A DNA stretch of 64,000 bases from assembly GCA_964016885.1 (NCBI GenBank), contig OZ024745.1, forward strand, positions 32,116,001 through 32,180,000. The letters run 5' to 3'. This DNA is from Eledone cirrhosa (lineage: Eukaryota). The position numbers and the translations under genes were made by a program. Position 1 is the first letter of the stretch; each line of letters opens with the position of its first letter. The notes below the pieces were generated by a model. That model had not been told where the DNA came from. It ran no database searches and saw only the letters and a list, made by a program, of their open reading frames with translations. Below, in pieces: positions 58,029-64,000 of the stretch.

Positions 58029-58687
58029 CATATATATATACATATATATATATATACATATATATATACACACATATATATATACATATATATATACACA
58101 CATATATATACACATATATATATATACACATATATATATATACACATATATATATATACACATATATATATATATACATATATACATATATATATACATA
58201 TATATATACATATATATATATATACATATATATATACATATATATATACATATACATATATATATACATATATATATACATATACATATATATATACATA
58301 TATATATACATATACATATATATATACATATATATATACATATACATATATATATACATATATATATATACATATATATATATACATATACATATATATA
58401 TACATATATATATACATATATATATACATATATATATACATATATATATACATATATATATACATATATATACATATATATATACATATATATATATATA
58501 CATATATATATATACATATATATATACATATATATATATATACATATATATATACATATATATATATATACATATATATATACATATATATATATATACA
58601 TATATATATACATATATATATATATACATATATACATATATATATATATATACATATATATATACATATATATACACATATATATAC

Positions 58688-58718
<31 letters not shown>

Positions 58719-59103
58719 CATACATATATATATATACATACATACATATACATATATACACATACATATATACACATACATACATACATACATACATATA
58801 CATACATACATATACATACATACATATATACATATGTATATACATATTTATACATATATATATACATATGTATATACATATTTATACATATATATATATA
58901 CATATTTATACATATATATATACATATATATATATACATATTTATACATATATATATACATATATATATATACATATTTATACATATATATATACATATA
59001 TATATATACATATATATATATACATATATATATACATATATATATATACATATATATATATACATATATATATACATATATATATATACATATATATATA
59101 TAC

Positions 59104-59134
<31 letters not shown>

Positions 59135-59329
59135 CATATATATATACATATATATATATATACATATAAATATATACATATATATATACACACATATATA
59201 CACACATATATATATACATATATATATACACATATATATATACACATATATATATATACACATATATATATATATACATATATATATACATATATATATA
59301 CATATATATATATATACATATATATATAC

Positions 59330-59360
<31 letters not shown>

Positions 59361-59635
59361 CATATATATATATACATATATATATACATATATATATACA
59401 TATATATATACATACATATATATATACATATATATATACATACATATATATATACATATATATATACATACATATATATATACATATATATATACATATA
59501 TATATACATATATATATATATACATATATATATATACATATATATATACATACATATATATATACATATATATATACATATATATATATACATATATACA
59601 TATACATATATATATATATACATATATACATATAC

Positions 59636-59670
<35 letters not shown>

Positions 59671-59789
59671 CATATATATACATATATATACATATACATA
59701 TATATATACATATATATATATACATATATATATATACATATATATATATACATATATACATATACATATATACATATATATATATATAC

Positions 59790-59840
<51 letters not shown>

Positions 59841-60345
59841 CATATATATATATACATATATATATATACATATATATATATACATATATACATATACATA
59901 TATACATATACATATATACATATACATATATACATATATATATATACATATATATATATACATATACATATATACATATATATATATACATATATATATA
60001 TACATATACATATATACATATATACATATACATATATACATATATATATACACATATATATATACACATATATATATACATATATATATACATATATATA
60101 TACATATATATATACATATATATATACATATATATATACATATATATATACATATATATATACATATATATATACATATATATATACATATATATACATA
60201 TATATATACATATATATATACATATATATATACATATATATATACATATATATATACATATATATATACATATATATATACATATATACATACATATATA
60301 TATACATATATACATACATATATACATACATATATATATACATAT
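56263..60345. repeat. Interrupted (TA)n array (C-type), about 4.1 kb
   Basis: Direct inspection. Confidence 0.95.
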
Positions 60346-63283
60346 CATCATCATCATCATCATCAGCGTTTAACGTCCGTGTTCCACGCTTGCATGGGTT
60401 TGGACGGGGGTAGTCCCACTTGAGGCAAGAGTGATTGTCTTGCTCGCATAGGACTGTCTGGCAGGTTTTCTACAGTTGGATGCCCTTCCTAACACCAACC
60501 ACATTTACAGTGTGGGTCTGGGAGGTTTTTACCGTGTTGCCTACACGGCCACATTACAGCGTGGACTGTGTGTTTTTTTGTCGTGACACCTACACGATCT
60601 CATTTGTTTCGGCCTCGATGGCGCGGCACCAACATAACTTTACATAGAACGGGGTGGTGTGGATCGGGTGGGGGTGGTGGGACGGGGTGTATTTGTTAGA
60701 GATGCCTACTGGCTGGAGTAGGTTTTACTATATATTTAGGTAAGGCGGGTCTTCTCTGTTACTGAGTACCGCCAAAGGTCTCGGTCCAGTGACATTGTCT
60801 TGGAGAGGTGTAAGTGTGTGATGTCGGAGTTTATCAGCTCGTCCCAGGTTTTTCTAGGTCTGCCTATTCCGTGACTACCGTCTATCTTTATTGCCCTGCA
60901 CTTTGTTATACAGCTATCGACTTTCATGCGCATCACGTGTCCATACCAACGTAGCCTTCTCTCGAGTAAACAACATCTGATCCCTCTTATCTCTAATTTA
61001 TTCCTTAGTTCGTTTATGCTTTGCCGTTCACGTATATTACTGTTACACATCCAGCGGAGCATGCAAGCTTCGTTCCTCTCTAGTCTGCGTATATCCTCTG
61101 CACACAATGCCCAGGTCTCACTGCCATGCAGCATTGCTGTTCGTATGCAGGCATCGTACAACCTGCCTTTCATTTTTAGTGAGAACCCTTTAGCAGCTAA
61201 TAGTGGTATAAGCTCTCTGAACTTTTTCCAACCAGTTCTGACTCTAGCTACAGTACTTTCAGAGCACCCTCCCCCACTGCTGATTTTATCGCCCAGGTAA
61301 CGGAAGCTGTCCACTATTTCTATAGAACCCTCTGCGCAATTGAAAGAGCTAGTAGTTTGTGGGCACTTGCTGCTACTTATTGCACCAGAGCACCGGCCAC
61401 ATGTAAAATCTATGTTCTTAGTTAGCCTACCTGTGATCCCACTACATCTTTTATGCACCCATACTTTGCATTTAGGACATAAAATGGAGTTTCTACCTAC
61501 GCCTTTCCTACACACCGAGCACGACCATTTCCCAGAAGGGACCGCCGCCTTGTTTTCTTTCCTACAAACTAGTACTTTGGTCTTAGCCAGGTTAATTTTA
61601 AGTCCTTTTGACTCTAGGCCGTGCTTCCATGTTTGGAATTTCTTCTCTAGCTCGGCCATTGATTCCGCTATGAGTGTCAGGTCGTCTGCGTATAGGAGTT
61701 CCCATGGGCAGCCTGTCTTGAACTCCTCTGTTATGGCCTGAAGGGCAATAATAAATAGTAGTGGACTGAGAACAGAGCCCTGATGGACGCCGACTTTTAC
61801 GCTAAACTCTTCACTATATTCGTTGTTAATTCTAACCTTGCTGACTGTTTCTTTATACATGGCTTGTATAGCCCTCACAAGCCATTCGTCAACGCCTAGT
61901 TTTCTAAGAGCCCACCAGATAATGGAGCGGGGGACTCTGTCGAAGGCTTTCTCCAAGTCGACAAAAGCTAAGTAGAGGGGTTTACCTTTAGCTAGGTACT
62001 TCTCTTGTAGTTGTCGTACTATGAAAAGAGCGTCTGTGGTACTTTTGCCTGACACAAACCCGAACTGCATTTCATCTAGGTCAATTCTCTCTCTGATTAG
62101 CTGCGCTATTACTCTTTCCGTGACCTTCATGACCTGGTCGATTAATTTAATGCCTCTATAGTTACTCCTATCTAGGGCGTCTCCTTTACCCTTATAACAG
62201 TTAACGATGATGCTGCTATGCCAGTCCTTCGGAACAACCCCGTTTTGTACGACTTGGTTAACTATGCGGGTGACCATGGTGTGTCCCACCGTGCCAGATG
62301 CCTTCAGCATCTCAGCAACTATTTCCGAAGGCCCAGCCGCCTTACCAGTCTTCATATCCTTGATTGCCTTACTTATTATACTCCCCTCGACTAACACTGC
62401 TGGTCCCTCTATTGGGTCGATATGGGGGAGACTGCCTTTCTCCCAATTATTCTCCTCATTTAGAAGCCTTTCATAGTGACACTTCCAAGCTACCTTCTTA
62501 TCAGCGTCGGTGATGGCAAGTGTGCCATCGTCGTTTAGTACACACTTCTCCCCGACAATATCACGGTTTTCCTTGACGCATTGCCTAGCAATCCTGAACA
62601 CCTCACGTTTTTGGTCATCGCGTTGTAGAACATGCTTGAACTTTCTTTCCTCAGCTTCCCTTCTTGCTAAGTACACTTGTCTCCTAGCTTCCCTCCTGGC
62701 CACTTGATAGTCCTCTCTACTTCCCCCATCCCGCCATACTTTCCAAGCCTGCTTTTTGGCCTTAATTGACCCCTCCACCTTACTGTTCCACCACCATGTT
62801 ACTCTCCTCCTGCCTACAGGCCTGCTCCAGCCACAGACCTCGTCTGTCGCCAACAGCAGGTTTGCTTTCAGAAATTCCCACTCTCCCTCTATATTGTCCG
62901 ACTCTAAATGTTCTTCCTTACTGTCGAAAGCATCAAGTAATATGCTTTGAAATTTATTCCTGGCTGTGGGGTCCTTTAACTTCCATATTTTCCTCCTGAG
63001 GATAGTCCTCTTCTGTTGTCGAGTACGTCTCGTCCTGACTATGAGGTCGCTAATTATCAGTCTATGTTGGGAGGTGCATTCTTCATGGGGGAGGGATTTA
63101 GTGTTAACAACAGACACTCTGTCACGTCTTCTGGTAAGGATATAATCTACCTGGCTTGTGTGTTCCCCGGATCTATAGGTGATCAGGTGATTGTCACGTT
63201 TTTTGAAGTTAGTGTTACAGATAGTTAGGTTATTTGCATCACAGAATTCCAGGATTCTGGAGCCTTCCTCATTTCTAGTACCA
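60346..63283 (-). mobile_element. RTE LINE family A, 5'-truncated, uninterrupted ORF to 60736
   Basis: GTRNEEG...EKTRLT*; protein nearly identical to the 32505 copy; TA arrays on both sides. Confidence 0.97.
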
Positions 63284-63348
63284 TATATATATACATATAT
63301 ACATGTATATATATACATATATATATGTATATATATATACATATATAT

Positions 63349-63381
<33 letters not shown>

Positions 63382-63468
63382 TATATATACATATACATAT
63401 ATATATATACACATATATATATACATATACATATATATACATATATATATACATATACACACATATAT

Positions 63469-64000
63469 ATCATCATCATCATCACCGTTTTACGTCCGTT
63501 CTTCCACGCTAGCATGGGTTAGACGGGTTGTTCTGTTGTGGGCAGTGTCTGGTCGGCTGACCATGCCTTGCTCATACAGGAACTGATTTGGCTTGATTTC
63601 TACAGCTGGATGCCCTTCCTAACACTAACCTCATTTACAGTGAGTGCTGGGTGCTTTTTCGTGGCGCCTACACGTCCACTTTACAGTGTGGGCTGGGTGC
63701 TTTTTTGCCGCGGCACCTCCACGACCACCTTGCAGTGGGAGGGTATGGGGGCATATTGTCTATATGCTTCAGCTTCTACCCATGGGAGGTCGGGTACTCT
63801 GTGTTACTGCGTGACGCCAGAGGTCACGGTCGTGTGTCATCGCCTTTGAGAGGTGTAATTGGGTAAGGTCGGCTTTTATCACCTCATCCCAGGTCATCTT
63901 GGGTCTCCCCACTCCGCGGTTTCCATCGACTTCTAGTGCTCTGCACCTTTTTATGCAGCTGTCATCCTTCATACGCATCACATGTCCATACCAACGCATC
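63469..64000 (-). mobile_element. RTE family B 3' end (continues beyond window)
   Basis: [28 protein letters not shown]; 3' UTR like 48074-48370. Confidence 0.92.

Overview
AT-rich eukaryotic (animal) genomic DNA. The RTE LINE/SINE families and very long (TA)n/(TATG)/(CA)n tracts suggest a cephalopod (Octopus-like) genome, which is an inference. No convincing host protein-coding gene is visible. The window holds several RTE-clade non-LTR retrotransposons, including one intact 1039-aa APE-RT ORF and three ~2.8-3 kb 5'-truncated copies of a second family; these copies carry a PHD-type finger inside the RT. It also contains two tRNA-derived SINE families, Penelope-like element (PLE) GIY-YIG fragments, a Tc1/pogo MITE, minisatellites, long palindromes and roughly 15 kb of strand-polarised, interrupted (TA)n arrays. 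The most striking unannotated signal is a set of at least seven minimal type I hammerhead ribozyme folds of about six unrelated sequence types. Each sits in a short island between (TA)n arrays, three show the compensatory U3-A8 core, and two identical copies form a tandem repeat that brackets a TA array (retrozyme-like). RTE junctions also suggest (TA)n targeting and possibly RT-driven growth of the arrays. All structures were folded by eye and none has been tested.
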